Source: Tubulanus polymorphus (taxonomy: Eukaryota > Animalia > Nemertea). Taken from it: a DNA stretch of 64,000 bases. Below the pieces are notes generated by a model. That model was not told where the DNA came from, made no database searches, and saw only the letters and a program-made list of their open reading frames with translations. A program made the translations under genes and the position numbers. Location of the stretch: contig NC_134034.1 of NCBI RefSeq assembly GCF_964204645.1, positions 7,228,914 to 7,292,913 of the forward strand, given 5' to 3'. Below, piece by piece: positions 36,190 through 50,518 of the stretch (the stretch's first letter is position 1; the number at the start of each line of letters is the position of its first letter).

Positions 36190-39100
36190 AAACGGAATGT
36201 AACGAATTGATTTCGGGTGAAATCTTTGCTCGCATCCCTGAACGACATTCTATCCAGAAAGGCAGAAACCCGTTATCGCTGCTTGCAGCTATATTTTATT
36301 TATATGTTTTCTTCCTTTGTTTCTTACATTTTTTTTTTTGCATTTTTCAAATCTATTTATATATATTTTTGTCTTCAAATTATGAGTAGGATTTTTTGTT
36401 CCAATATGTACTATCAGGTTAATTATCTAAATTTTGATATTCTTAGCGTGCATGTTAGTCATAATTCATTGTTAAATAGGGGTTTATTATGTTATAAGTT
36501 AGCAATGTATTTGGTTATTCATGGATGAGTTTACAACAATTGAATCAAACTGTAACTATTATGATCACTTGTCCACATTTGAAAAAGCTAGGTTTTCAAT
36601 AATACATTGAAACATAAGAAGTTTGAATAGTATCTTTGAAAATCTAAAGATATATCTAAACTCTCTAAATTATAATTTTTCTATTATTGGTATTTCTGAA
36701 ACATGGACCTCGTCTGATCATGATAATGATTGTATGTACAATTTAGATAATTATACGGGTATTTTTAATAGTAGAACTAATGTACGGGGAGGAGGTTTTG
36801 CCCTCTATATCCACAAATCGGTTAAGCACAGGTTAATTGAAGAATTTTCCCTTGTGACCCCAGTGTTTGTTGAAATTACAATTCCTGATGACAGCTCAAA
36901 ATGTATTGTTGGACTTATTTATCGCCCACCTGATCAGAGTATTATACATTTGAATTTGAATTTTGCACCTATTTTATAAAAAATAAGAAAATCTCGTGGA
37001 ATATCGTGGGTGATTTCAATACCGATCTATTGAAAGTAGACTCACATAACCCTACCAATGATTATTTGTCTTTATGGTTGTCAAATAATTTTCAACCTTT
37101 AATTGATAAAGCAACTCGTAATTCCAAATCCTCTGCGACCTGTATTGATCATATATTTTCCAATATTACATTAAATTTTGACATCTTATCTGGTGTATTA
37201 AGGCATTTCAGACCATTTTCCTGTATTTTTTGTTATTCCTAGCATAAGGCATACATGTAACTCTGTTAAAACTGTACAGTATCGAATGATGTCAAATTTT
37301 TCTATTGCTTCCTTTAAACGTAAACTAATGACAGTAGACTGGAGTAATGTTTTGAATGAAAATGACCCAAATTTGGCTTACTCTTTATTCTTTAATACTT
37401 TTATAAAATATTATGATGAATTCCTTCCTGTTATATCTCGAAAGTTTCTTCTTTACAAAGATAAAAAACATCCTTGGGTTTCAAAAGGTTTACTGAACTC
37501 ATTAAAACAAAAGGACCATTTATATAAAAGATTCGTTTCTACCCATAGACAACATGATAGAGAGGTATACACTAGATATAGAAATATTTATAATACTTGT
37601 ATTCGAACAGCCAAAAAAATGTACTATCAAAAAAAAGGATGCGCAGTGCCCAAAAGATACATGGAAAATAATTAACAACCTTATCAAAAAGTCAAATGAC
37701 AGAAATTATCCTAATAATTTCAAACGCAAGAACATATTTTATTCTAACGATTTTTCTATTGCTAATGGTTTTAATACATATTTTGCTAATGTCGGACCAA
37801 ATATAGACAAAAATATACCATCCACAAATGAGTCATTTTCTGATTTTTTGGGACCTTCGCATCTTAATAATTTTTTTTTTGCCATCATCTCCTTTTGAAA
37901 TTGAAAGAATTGTATTATGTCTTAAAAATAAAGATAGTGCTGGACATGATGGTATAAGCCAGAAAGTTTTAAAGGATGTTATTTCTATCCCGCTTTGTCA
38001 CATCTTCAACAGAAGTATGTCTACAGGTATTGTACCAGAGTTCTTTAAAAAATCTAAGATAATCCCTTTATTCAAATCTGGAGACCCCGAGGAATTAACT
38101 AACTACAGACCCATTTCTGATTTACCTTGCATTTCAAAAATACTTGAAAAATTAGTATATAATAGGCTTCTAAATTACTTGGATAAATATGAAATTATCT
38201 CTCCTCAACAGTTTGGCTTTAGGAAAAATCATTCCACCTACATGGCTATTATGCTAACCATTGACAAAATTATTAGTAGTTTAGAAAATGGGATGTCAAC
38301 GATTGGTGTATATTTAGATATTTCGCGGGCCTTTGATACTGTAAACCATAATATTTTATTGTATAAACTTTTTCATTATGGAATCAGAGGAGTAGCTTTA
38401 ACTTGGTTTGAAAACTACATAAAGAATTGGTCTCTTAATGGAACTGTATCTAATCTTACATCCGTTCCTGGCGGAGTTCCTCAAGGCTCGATTTTGGGCC
38501 CTATTCTTTTCATTATATATATTAATGATATTGATAAAGCCTCAAATATGTTGAATTTTACTATTTTTGCTGATGATACTAATGTTTTCACAAGTCATAA
38601 AAACATCAAAACTCTTACCAACTCTGTTAATTCTGAATTAAATAGATTAAATATATGGTTTCGTGCGAACAGCCTTTCTTTAAATTTTAAAAAGACTCAT
38701 TTTATGTTTTTCAGTAGAGCAAAACTTAAACAAACTTTGCTTATAAATATTGATAACATTCCCATAACCCAGGTTAAAGAAACACAATTTTTAGGTCTAC
38801 AAATTGATGATAAACTATCTTGGAAATCGCATATTGATCTTATATCTATAAAGTTAGCCCGATTCATTGGTATCATCAGCAAATGCAGTTATTTTTTGTC
38901 CAAAGAAACGTTATTACAGATATATCATTCATTTATATATTGTCACTTATCATATTGTAACATCATTTGGGGTAATACATATCAAGCTTCCCTTGATTGT
39001 CTGGTTAAATTACAAAAGAGTATAATTCGTATAATTTGTAAAGTAGATTACTTAGCCCATACCTCCCTCTTATTCAAAGTGAACAAAATCTTAAAATTAA

Positions 39101-39320
39101 ATGATATCAATTTTTGGCAAAGTGGACAGTTTATGTATCTTTATACGAATATCAAACTACCTGATGTTTTCAAAAATTTCTTCCCTCCATTTGTGACTAT
39201 GCGACGCACTCGATTTGATAGCAACAGAAATATTAGATATGAACAGTTTAAATCGAACTTAAAAATATCTTCTATAAAAGTAAACGGACCCAAAATTTGG
39301 AATAGTTTATCACTTCATTT
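36190..39320 (+). mobile_element. L2/CR1-type LINE (ORF2 APE-RT, frameshifted), 3' end cut by DIRS
   Basis: GISETW, IYRPP, GDFN, CIDHIF, GVPQGSILGP, FADDT, GPKIWNSL. Confidence 0.9.
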
Positions 39321-39950
39321 AAAAATTACAATTTTTAGTATGAAAATTTGAATTCCCGAGTATACTTACATGCAAAACATACGAGCCAGTAACCTTAGCT
39401 TGCTGGTATAACCGCCCGAAATTCAACTTGGCCTACTACCACCAGCCATATAATTCTTGGGTAATATAACCCAACGAGCTGGGAGGCTGGGGGACTAAAA
39501 CGTATGTTTTGCAGGTAAGTATACTCGGGAATACAAATTTTCATACTAAAAATTGTAATATTCCCTTCATATACATTCCCTGCAAAACATACTAGCCAGA
39601 ATCCCACAGACTAGGAGGAGGGACGGCCAAGTCGAAAAACAAATACACCCAAAAAACGAACACAGACCTCCAAGAATAAGGAGAACTATGCTCACCTTCC
39701 GAGCTGAAAGACAGCGACCCAAACGAATGCGATCCGATCCCTGTTGAGACCCTCCAAGGCTTAATAAAAATACACGGGTAGTCCCCTCTGTCCTACCCGA
39801 ACCACAACGTCGCATACCCAAGAAAAACAAAAATTACTTGGTAATTACAGTACATGTCCAATTTCATCCCTGTGAAACCCAGACAGTAAATAAAGCGAAC
39901 TGAAGGACGAGATTCCCTGAATCGCAGGTAAATCCTTCAAGTGAAAAACA

Positions 39951-41100
39951 CTAATCCCCTGGACCCGGTAAAAAGGGGTCCGCAGGAATACGCGAGTCAA
40001 CCAGCTTAGGGGGACGCCTAACCCCTTGAGCCATAACTACACAGCCAATGGCTGTTAACGACCCTAACTGGCCTGACACGTCACGAAGATAGAAGGACGT
40101 GGACGTAGAGGGAGAGCCCCAGTAGGCCGCCTTACAGATTGCATCAATAGACGCGCCCGTGAAGGCGGACCAGGAAGAAGCAAGCGATCTGACCTGATGC
40201 GAAACTACTCCCTGCACTCTGGGGCTCCTTCCCTATTTAAAGCCTCTTTAATCAAGGTCACAATCCATCTCTAGAGATATCCCTGACCGAATTCTCCATT
40301 AGAGACAAAAACAACCTTTCCCTCCCCTTTCTAAAGGGTAAGGTGCGAGCTAAATAAGCTTTGAGCGCCCTGACTGGGCAGAGAGCCCCATCTGGCTAAT
40401 CATCCGAAACCTGGTAGGCTAAAGCAGGTATCGTCCATGACTTCCCTGCCGACGACGATTTTTGGTTCTTGGCCAAAAAACCAAGCCCAGGCCTCAAGGT
40501 GACCGAGTGATCAAGTGGACCAAAAACCACATGACCAGGCCTCACCGACAGAGCATGGAGCTCGGACCTCCGAGCTGCCATAGCCAAGCATAAAAGGGAA
40601 GCAGTCTTCCTGGTCAGTCTGGCCAAAGAAAGAACTTCTAATGGCTCATATGGACGCTCCATCAAGTATTTCAAAACCACAGTCAGATCCAAGGAGGAAT
40701 ATCTCTTGACAACCGCGGCCGCTGAATCGAAAAACCTGCAATTAATTGGGCTATTCTAGGGTCATCTGTGACCGATGGACGACCTGCGGCCTTCAAGGTG
40801 TGCCCTATAGCCGACCTATAGCCCTTGATAGTCACCACCTGCTGACCTTTGTCATGGAACAAAAACAAGAGAAAATCCGCCACATCTGCTACAGCGGGTA
40901 AGAGACAATCAACTTTTCGCCCATCGCACCAATCCTGGAACAGCTGCCACTTGGAATCATACTGGGCCCCAGTGGATGACCTCCTAGACCCCAGGATAAA
41001 TTTGGCAGATGCCGACGAAAAACCTTGAGTCTGCAAGGATCGCTCGACAGTGGCCAAGCGTGTAGATTGAGCCATTGCAGGTTGGGGTGCTGACGAAACC
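39951..41100 (-). pseudogene. DIRS tyrosine recombinase
   Basis: TIKGYRSAI, ARRSELHAL, HQVRSLASSW, YWGSPSTSTSFYLRD. Confidence 0.9.
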
Positions 41101-42900
41101 GCCCTTGAGACAGGCGAAACGGTTCCTGAGGAAGCAGCCTGGGATGGTCGCAGAGTAAATGTAACAGCCTCACGAACCACGACTGAGCCAGCCAGCAAGG
41201 AGCTATCAGGAGAACGTTGCACAACTCCGTGTCCTCGATCTTGGACAGCACCTGATTCAGCAGAGGAGAGGGGGCGGAAACGCATAAGCGTGCGGACCCT
41301 CCCAATCTATCGACAGGGCATCCACCTGCCACGCCATTGCGTCTTGAAATGGGGATACGAACACCGGCCACCTGGCGTTGAACCTGGTCGCAAAAAGATC
41401 CAATACAGGGTGGCCCGTCAGAGCCTTGACCCTGTCGGCCACAGACTGGTGAAGTACCCATTCCGTCGGGATAGCTTTGTCCTGACGTGAGAGGGCGTCG
41501 GCCACTACATTCCGGGCCCCGGCTAGGTGAGACACCGACAACTGAATGTTGTGGGCTTGAGCCCACAACAGCACTTCTGTCGCCAGAGATGACAGCTGCA
41601 ATGACCGGGTGCCTCCCTGATTATTCAGATAAGCCCGGACTGTCGTGTTATCGGTCACTACCCAAACATGACGGCCCTCGAACCTCTTTACGAAAAACCT
41701 CAGGGCCTTCAACACTGCCAGAAGCTTGAGGTAGTTTATATGAAACTTCGACTCCCGGCCCGACCACACCCCCGCCTTCCGCGACTCCTCGATGTGAGCA
41801 CCCCACCCGTAATGGCTCGCATCCGTATACAGATAGACTGGAGCCTGGAGCGGGGCTAGGGATGTTCCCTGCGTCACATTCCGTGGAAGCATCCACCATC
41901 GAAGGGCGCCCAACAGATGGGGGGCGTGGGGGGGCATAAACGCATCCCAACTGAGACTTAAGGCAGCGCACGAGGTCTTCCAAAACCTCTGCAGTGGCCG
42001 ACTGTGAAGCCTGCCCAATGGAACTACGGCTGACATGGAGCTGATCTGACCCAGCACCCTGCTCCAATACCGAGCAGAGTGGGGAACTCCCTGTAACAGA
42101 GAACGAAGAGCCTGGCACAGCTTCAGTACTCTGGCTGCGGTAGGGCGAACCCGTCCCTGGCGCAAATCGAAGTCCATACCGAGGTAGGCCTATGTGAACT
42201 CCTGAGACGGCGAAAGCCGGGACTTCTCTGTGTTGACTCTGAAGCCCAGGTCTTGTATCATGCCGAGGGTCAATTCGACTCCGCGGCGACACTCCTCGCG
42301 AGAGGCCCCTACTATCAGCCAATCGTCCAGGTAAAGCCTTACACCTCAAGATTGCAACTTCTTTTGAACGGCCTTGACTAGTTTGGTGAAGACCCGGGGT
42401 GCCGAGCTGAGCCCGAAGGGCAGAGAACGGAACTGATACACTTGCCCCTTCCACTTCACCCGCAGATATTTCCTGTAGCTGGGGTGGATAGGGACCTGGA
42501 AATAAGCATCTTTTAGATCTATGGATGCTGCCCATTGACCCGGGCGTAGCCCTTGAATGATCTCCTTTGGCGTGGTCATTTTGAACTTTTGACAATGGAG
42601 GTACTTGTTCAGCCTCGACAGATCTATGACCGTTCTGAGACCTCCAGACGCCTTGGGTACTGTACTCGAGTACCAGCCCGGAGACCCTGGATTCTCGACC
42701 AATTCCAGTGCCCTTTTGTCCCAGAGCTCTTGAATGGCTAGACCTATGTGCAGCTCCTGGCCCTGTTTGGGCTTCATGTCCTCCGGGGTCCTGGTCAAGG
42801 GCGGCCTCTCTCTGAAGGACATGCGATACCTGGTCGAGACTGCCCGAGTCAAAGCTTGTCCTTTTTGGCGAACTTCCGAAACCCCTGTCCTTTCTTGGGG
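41050..42900 (-). pseudogene. DIRS RT + RNase H + N6-adenine methyltransferase-like domain
   Basis: IDLKDAYF, LPFGLSSAP, YLDDWL, YTDAS, TDNTT, ADALSR, DLFATRFN, AYAFPP. Confidence 0.9.
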
Positions 42901-44470
42901 CCTTTTCCCTTCCCCTTGAAGGACCTGTTCCGGGCCTCGGGCTTCCCCAACTGCTGTCTAAGGGCTGAACCCCAACCAGACTTCTGTAGCAACTTGGAGG
43001 ACAGATCAACACCGGAGGTCCCCTGGCCACCCGACTTCTTCGGAATACGCCACACTCTGGGCTTACTCTGAGTTTCCCTGATCTTCTGTGTCTGGACTGC
43101 AGCCGGGACCACACCAACCGGAAAACAAGCCAGACGAATCGCCGAGCGGAGCCCTGTATAAGGCCTTCTTCACTGGGTCCGTAAGTTTAGCATCTTTTAG
43201 CAACGACTGACGCGCCACCAGAGCCAAATTAGCTTGCACCCTTATCGCTAAGGTTACCTGATGTCACAAGGACTTTGCCATAGACTGTAACAACCTACCA
43301 AATTTACTGGATATTTACTACAATAAATCATTTAAGTCCAGGCGAGACGTAGGCCTAAACTAAACAGCCCAAAATCTTGGTTATGTTTAATTTGTGTTGA
43401 CCCGGTTTGAACTCGATCATGACGTCATAGCATTCGATGAATATGTAAATGAGGTGGATCAGCAGGTGCTAAACAAAATGGCAGCACAATTGCAGAGGTT
43501 CATATTCATCATTTCTAGCGCGAATACTGATACTCAAGGCATATTATGATATAATGATAATCTAAATTGAATGATTATCTAATTTTGAAATCCAGTACAT
43601 AAGGTAACGTTGCATCCAGATATCTGACGAAATTCTGGTTTCAATTTGCGGAAATTTCCTTCCGTGTTCGCCACACGGCTGATTCACTGATGATACCGAT
43701 CAGCTGATAGCATCGAATTTCTTAAGATGAGTCTGATATATTTACATGACTTGAATAATTGTTTTTATCATCATTAATTGAAGTCATTTTATTGACGTTC
43801 ACATTAACCATCCGTTTTGGAGTTTATTTGTCTAAGATTTTGATTATTTGTATTAGTTTGTTAATCGCGGCATAGTGATGAGCGTTCGCGTTGAAAACAG
43901 TCGTGTACAGTCGCGTAGGCAATATTGCCTTATACTCTCGTGTTCACTGCGTATATGTATCAGTTAAAGATAATGCGGGCCAAGGCACAGGTCGCACGTA
44001 ACAAAGATTCTGAGTAAAGATGTAAGCTTGTCTGCCTTGCCTGACTTGAAGCAATCCTATCGCGGAATTATTAAAAACCATGTCAGTCGGTCAACTTTAT
44101 TTCGTCAGTAACCGGCACTGGCCTCAAATTTGCATAGACTTGGGCGCTCCTGTCCTAATTGAGCCGTATGATAATGAAAAACCTCAGATGAAACCCAGGC
44201 TCTCACTTTCCCAGGTACTCATAGTTTTAGTTGTTTTATATGCCATTCTATTAATGTATAAAAATTATGAATATTAATTTGTTGAGACAGAAATTCCCAA
44301 AATAAATTTTTCGATCAATCATGATTTCATTCTCGTTAAAAAGTCAGTATTGTGAGCCGATCGTCGATAAAGATTCTCGAAAGTGTTCGGTGACTCCACA
44401 AGGCGGCACCACTAGCTGGCTCGATATGCTCCCATGACTATGGCAAGTGAGTGGATAAGAACGTTACAAA

Positions 44471-44930
44471 ATGGCATCCACAACAGTTGTAAGTGACTTG
44501 TCTCCAAAGAGGATTTGGGGCCACCAAGTAAGAAGAAGAAAATGAACGAGAGAAATCCACAATAAATTCAGCCAAAACGAGAAACTTGAATAGAAGTGGA
44601 TATATATTTGCGCAAAATTTCGGCTAAACACTATTAGCCATCATCAGGCGTACATTTATTGTGGGATTTCTCTAGTTATCATCTTACACAGATATTGTGT
44701 ATCTTCTCACCAAGAAGAAAAGAATGCAACAGTTTAAACTATCATATTCATTAGCCTTCCCTTGTGTCACTAGCAGCAAAAAAGGAACACATTTCGCTAA
44801 TTGCACTGTTTGCTGCTCAGAGTTTAGTGTCAGCTGCAGAGGAATTTTCAATCTGTAGAAACACTGTTCTACTTCAAACACGTACAGCATTTTTCAAAAA
44901 ACCTCAGTTTTGACGGCACAACCAAAGGAG
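44471..44930 (+). pseudogene. hAT-type transposase N-terminal zinc-finger remnant
   Basis: After removing 44543-44711 the frame reads PPSKKKKRMQQFKLSYSLAFPCVTSSKKGTHFANCTVCCSEFSVSCRG..H. Confidence 0.6.
44543..44711. mobile_element. 169-bp Penelope-derived insert with a hammerhead on the minus strand
   Basis: 10-bp TSD AAGAAGAAAA at 44533-44542 and 44712-44721; minus strand CTGATGA-TGGCTAA tagtgt TTAGCC-GAAA at 44608-44652; 3' tail similar to the Penelope end at 2410-2470. Confidence 0.75.
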
Positions 44931-45174
44931 AAGTCCTATTTACCATGTTTCTTGTAAAACATAATTCCCCGTTAGCTGTTCCTAACCATACTGGCCCTTT
45001 ATTTCGTGAGATGTTCCCTAGCTGGCCCTAGAATATAAGTGATATTTGGAAGGGTTAGTCTGCAAATGGGGAAAATTTGATGAGAAAATGTCTTTTCCCG
45101 TGCTGAACGACGTCTTCTGACCGAAATGTGCTTTTCCCGTTTATTTGAGCGCTTTTGCACATCGTCATTTTTTT

Positions 45175-45500
45175 ATGAGAGATGCGACTACGGGTATTGT
45201 AATTGTGGAATTCAGCATTTATGTTGAAAAGGTTTTGTACTCGCTGTGGAAGCAATTTATGAAGATGACAAAATCCAAATTTCAGTAGATCTAATTTTAT
45301 TAGGTCTTGGAATTTCAATATACTATATTTCTTAAATATTGGCCCTGTTGATGCATTATAGGCTGAATTATTAATAAGTCTAACCGCTTTCTTTTTAATT
45401 TTGAAAATAGAGTTAGATTGTTGGGCTGTTAGCATAGGTCCCCATACAATAAGGGCATACACAAGATGGCTACGTATGTATATGATGTTCAAAGTTGTAT
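45175..45500 (-). pseudogene. LINE ORF2 C-terminal remnant
   Basis: SHLVYALIVWG..KKAVRLI..FKKYSILK..HNYNTR. Confidence 0.75.
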
Positions 45501-47516
45501 TTTACTTAAAAGTTTTTCATTAAAAAATGTTGCGCATTCCATCAAAACTGATTGTTATTGCCAAATAAAAAAGTTTTCCTACTTAAGTTTTACTTGTTGT
45601 TAATTCTATTTGATCACGTAAAAGTGTTATTTCCTTCGAATACATTCCCTGGGAAAATACACTATAGCCATATTGCTTTTGGCTAGGCAGATAATGCCCA
45701 AATCAACTTTTGGTAGCGGCGCCGTAACATAGTGCCATCTGGCGAGACGCCATCATCTTTTTGCTTGGCGCTTGTTCGGTTAAAATTCTCGATATAACAA
45801 CAGACGTAAGAGTGATTGATCGCGGAATAGAAGTCGAATCTCGGGTGAGATCGTTTTTAATTTATGCGCAATTTCAACATTTTGCCACCGGTTTTCTACT
45901 TCCGGTTTCGCGGGAGCGCCGTGCTGCTTTCTTAGCGGTTCTTCCCGCCTTATATATTCAATCATTGTCATTATCATTCAACGTAATTAATTTCTGTCAC
46001 ATCGTTATTATTATTTACAGAAATTAATTATCTGTACTAAAAATCGTATCAATAATTAACCCTTCATTTCGTCTCCAGTTCCCCTAGGGGACCAAGATTT
46101 AAACATAGGGGCCAGGTTGATACACCTACTAAGACCCCAGGGTCCTCATCGGGCAAGGTTAATACACCTCCTGAATACCCGGATACTCGGAAACAGGGCA
46201 ATAATCCGGGACGATCCGTGTCTAGGTCCAGGTCCCGATCGAGATTAAGTCGGTCCGACTCTTCGTCTCCTACTAGACGTAGGCACCAGCGCTCTAATAA
46301 AAAATGACGTCGTTCACAGTCCGACCCAGCTCTGGGTCAAGGTCTCGTTCTAGGTCCCGATCTAGAGTAAGTCGAACCTATTCTCCCTCACCTACCAGGC
46401 ATAGGCGCAAGCGTGCTCATAAGAAACAACGTCGTTCACGTTCTTGATCACCGGCTGATAAGCCGTCTGACTCTAGTGACATCAAAAATATGCTAGCGAT
46501 ATTCTCGCAGGAGATCGCTTCCCTTAAAAAGAACAGCTAAAAGGCAAGGAACCCCCGGGCCCCAAGTCTTCATCAGTGCCACCAGTGCCGTCATGCAACC
46601 CAATAGATGGGTTAGTGTTGGATGATGTCAACGATTTTTCTGACGAGGAAAAATCTCGTGATCCAGAAGATCCTGATCTAACCAGGGACGGGGACATGCA
46701 CAGATCGTGCACATCCAAATCAAATCCAATGGAATCTACACGCCTGGCCATTGTCAAGCGACAGCTTTCAAACCAAGGAATTTCTTCGGGGGCAGCCAGA
46801 TTTATCGTGGAATCCAAACGTCCCTCTACCGGAGCATTGTACGATTCCAAATGGGAATGTTACTCCGATTGGTGTAATAAGAGAGTGGTGGATCCTCTCC
46901 ACCCCTCTGTGTCAGAGTGGATAGAATTCTTCTATTTCCTGTTCGAAAAGAAGAATAGACAGGTTATAACCATTAAAGGCTACAGATCAGCAATAGGGCA
47001 TACTTTTCGCTCAGTGGGCGTCCCTGTAGTGACGGAGGACGTGAAAATAGCTCAATTGATATCAGGTTTTGGGGTCAAGAGACCCAAACAGGTCACAGAT
47101 ACCCTGCCATGGCACTTAACAGTGGTTCTTAGGGCACTTATGACCACTCCCTTCGAACCTATCCGCAATACTACCCTGTCAGACCTATCTAAGAAAACGG
47201 TGTTCTTACTGTTCTTAGTAATGGCCGCGAGACGTTCAGAGGTTCATGCATTATCGATGCGTCCTGGTCATATTTCCTTTGGTCAACAAGATAGGTTTGT
47301 CATTTTAAGGCCTGGGCCCGGTTTCACGAAAAAGTTTATCTCAAAAAATTAGTGTAAACTCTTAATCCAGTTTAAATATTCAGTGTAAAATTTTCAGTCA
47401 GTTTCATGAAAAAGTGTAAAATAAAATTGGTGTAATTTTGGTGTAAATTTTAAACTACATCACAAATGAGGTTAAAATCCTTAAACCAGTTTAAGGTTGC
47501 TAATGAAGATTTTAAG

Positions 47517-49073
47517 ATGGCGGAATTACTTGGTAATTTAATGTTTCGGAGAAGATACCTTCGCAGGACTCAAGTATTTCAGCGTTTGCCAAATTCCCCG
47601 ATGGATTTCTATAATGATGACGAATTTTCCAGTAGATTCAGATTCAGCAAGAACTTAGTTCGACAGATATGTAACATATTAAGGGATCAACTTGAGCCTC
47701 CTTCCAATCGCTCAAAAAGCCTTTCGGTGGAGCACCAAGTGCTAATAACGCTACGATATCTAGCCACTGGATAGTTTATGTCAACTGTAGGAGACACGAT
47801 CGGTGTTTCGAAAGCGACTGTTTCTCGAGTCGCATATTCAGTATGTTGTGCGCTTGTAAGTGTAAAAGATAGGTTCATTGTTTGGCCTAACTCGGAAGAA
47901 GAAATCAGTGCGACCAAGCAGGGTATCTATGAATTAGGCCGGTTCCCAAATGCTGTTGGATTGATTGATGGAAGTCACATTAGAATCATCCGGCCTTCAG
48001 TTGATGAGCCGGCTTTTATCAACAGGAAACCATATCCTAGCATAAACGTTCAGGCTGTCTGTGACCACACAGGTAAAGAATCATAAAGAGTACATTTTAT
48101 GCAATAGTTACCGAGATAAGATCAACAAGATTTTAGTTTCATTTCAATTCTATTTTTCATTGGTCATTCAAGGGGCCGGAAACCTTTGTGCTTTATAAGA
48201 TGTTCGCTATAAATATTCTTTCAAGGAAAATTTACTAATGTTGTTGCGAAATGGCCTGGGTCTGTCCATGATTCCCATATCTTCACAACTTCAGCTCTTG
48301 GTAGGTAAGTACAAGACTCCAGTCAGTCCATGTGGATCAATCATCTCGAATTCACTTCATTCAGGTTGATTAGATCTGTGGTATTTGATAGTTTTGAATG
48401 TATTATTTCAAGGAAAATATTTACAATTCAATTACAATAGGGTTGATTCTTATTTTCAAGACAATTATTGTGGTAGCTTGCGCCGCAATAAGCTGTTTTT
48501 GCAGTACCGTACTCTACTCGGGTAATTGACGCAACTCTCCGGTAGTTTTCAATTCTGCTGTCACAACATCACACATTTTGTTACACTATAGACACCTAGA
48601 GGCTACACATCGGGGCTTAACTGATGGCGTTTTACTGGGAGATTCCGGATATTCGTTGAAGCCATACTTAATGACTCCATTTCTTCAACCTGTTGGAGAT
48701 TCTCAAATACGGTAAATAGAAAATATATTTGAATTTATTTTCGCTTTTATTTCCTCTGTACCATTATTTCTGAGGAATTAGTTTTTCTTGCAGATATAAT
48801 ATCTCACACAAGAGAACTCGTTCAGGAGTGGAGTGATCGTTCGGAAGATTGAAAAGACGTTTTGCAATCCTGCACGGAGAGGTACGCTTAGCACCGGAGA
48901 AAGCGTGTACTGTTATCATGGCTTGCTTCGTATTGCACAACATGGCAATTCTGTTTAATGAACCAGAAATTGGAGAGATTGGAGTGGACGACAACCCTGG
49001 GGAGGTCCACACTGAAGAACCTCAAACGGGAAAGCTAATGCGCGACTATTTTGAGAACACCTTCTTTGCATAA
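47517..49073 (+). pseudogene. Harbinger DDE transposase (HARBI1-like), 4 exons
   Basis: Exons 47517-48072, 48226-48304, 48592-48711, 48794-49073 with GT-AG introns; [24 protein letters not shown]; premature stops near 47772 and 48834. Confidence 0.88.
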
Positions 49074-49248
49074 CCTTTCTATTCGCAAAAAAAGAAAAAG
49101 ATAACATGTTCATACGCAACGTAAACAATAAATTGAGTAAAATTTGAATTGCTATAGAATTATTCGAAATCAAATCGTGGAACACTATTCTTCTAGGTTT
49201 TTCATTTCAATTGTAAAACACCTGTCGAATTTTGCGAAGCAAAAATTT

Positions 49249-50518
49249 CTAGTTGTAGCTTTGCGTTTTTAATATGAAGTTCTCTTTCTCCAACTTCAGA
49301 CAATCCACCTTAAGCTGCAACCGTTCACAGTCCAATTTAATACGTTTTCGATCCTCAAACAGATTTTTGTACTGCGCTGCGATGATGTCTGCAGAGGATA
49401 TCCTTTTCTTCGATCGATGATGATCAGAACCTGCATCTGCCACGCAAGTTTGAGGAACAACGTGTACAGATGCCGGAGATGTTTGATTATCGCTGGCGAC
49501 AATTTTTTCATCAGTTAAGACCGGCGGGCCCTCAGTGCCAAAATCTGAAAAAATTAATCGAAACAAGATTCTTAAACATAAAATGTATCTAAATGTAGTT
49601 TTTATATTTGTTTAGACTCACGACCAATTTTTTTGTTTTTTTTTTTATTCTCGTGCAAAAACTTGCGTTGATGTACAGTAAGTAAAAGTTAGCCGTAGAG
49701 AAATATGTTTTTTGATAGTAAGTTTGGTAGTGTTTGATACATTGATTGATTTTTTGTTAGGCAGCTTACAAAACATATATAGGCCTATACGATACGTCTA
49801 CTGCGTGCGTGAACAGATCACGCATCGAAAAGACAGTAGCCATGCGTGTGTGCTTTTCGGAATACACCTAATTAATATTGCCAAAATCAGGATTTATGAC
49901 GACTGTTCAAGCTGAAATTTTGAGCTAATAGGCATAAGGCAATTGTCATCAGTGAGGCGAGTTAATTGAAGAGAACGGCGCGGGCCTCAGATCAGAAAAA
50001 AATGCGCCACGGTCTGGGTCGTGTTCTAATAAATGAACTTTATTCTGGCAGGTCATGATCGTGGAATTATAATCTAATTCATACTAAGAAGTGGTAGGAC
50101 AGCCTGACTTGAAAACTCGTATAGTAGTAGTAGAATTCTGCGGGGCCGGAGGAATCAGTTGTCGAAGGTTAATGATGTTCGTTCTTTCCGATATGTTTAT
50201 AGCAGGTGGTCCACCACCAGTCTTTGATAGGCTTTGCCGTTCCATGGTAGCGATTCTTTTTGCGTTTTGTTGATCGTTTTTGAATTTTGATCGACATTCA
50301 TCCAGTGTTCTGACAGCCTCTCCTAATGCCGTGATTCAATCGGCAATTTTACCCCACGCTTGTTTCGCCACCTTCGTTATCGATGCGCTGAATTTACCAA
50401 ATAGTACAGTCTGATTTTCTTGAACCAGCTGCATCAGGAGCAGCGCCTCTGCCGAAGTAAAATTCTTCTTTCGCTTGTTTCTGACAAGCGTAGTGCTTGC
50501 AAAACTTTGAAGTGACAC
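49249..50518 (-). pseudogene. Harbinger Myb/SANT-like DNA-binding protein
   Basis: KRKKNFTSAE..AWGKIA..RTLDECRSKF..KTGGGPP and a coiled-coil last exon; convergent with the transposase; one stop. Confidence 0.82.

Larger units (their letters stand above)
39321..43310 (-). mobile_element. DIRS1-like retrotransposon (5'-truncated)
   Basis: Terminal ITR 39321-39382 is complementary to the internal complementary region (ICR) at about 39501-39600; overlapping gag, RT-RH-MT and YR frames; GC-rich block. Confidence 0.92.

Noticed and set aside
41648-43117. 489-aa ORF as a novel gene
   Set aside because: It is an alternative frame over DIRS RT in GC-rich sequence; long overlapping frames are normal in DIRS and no domain is recognisable.
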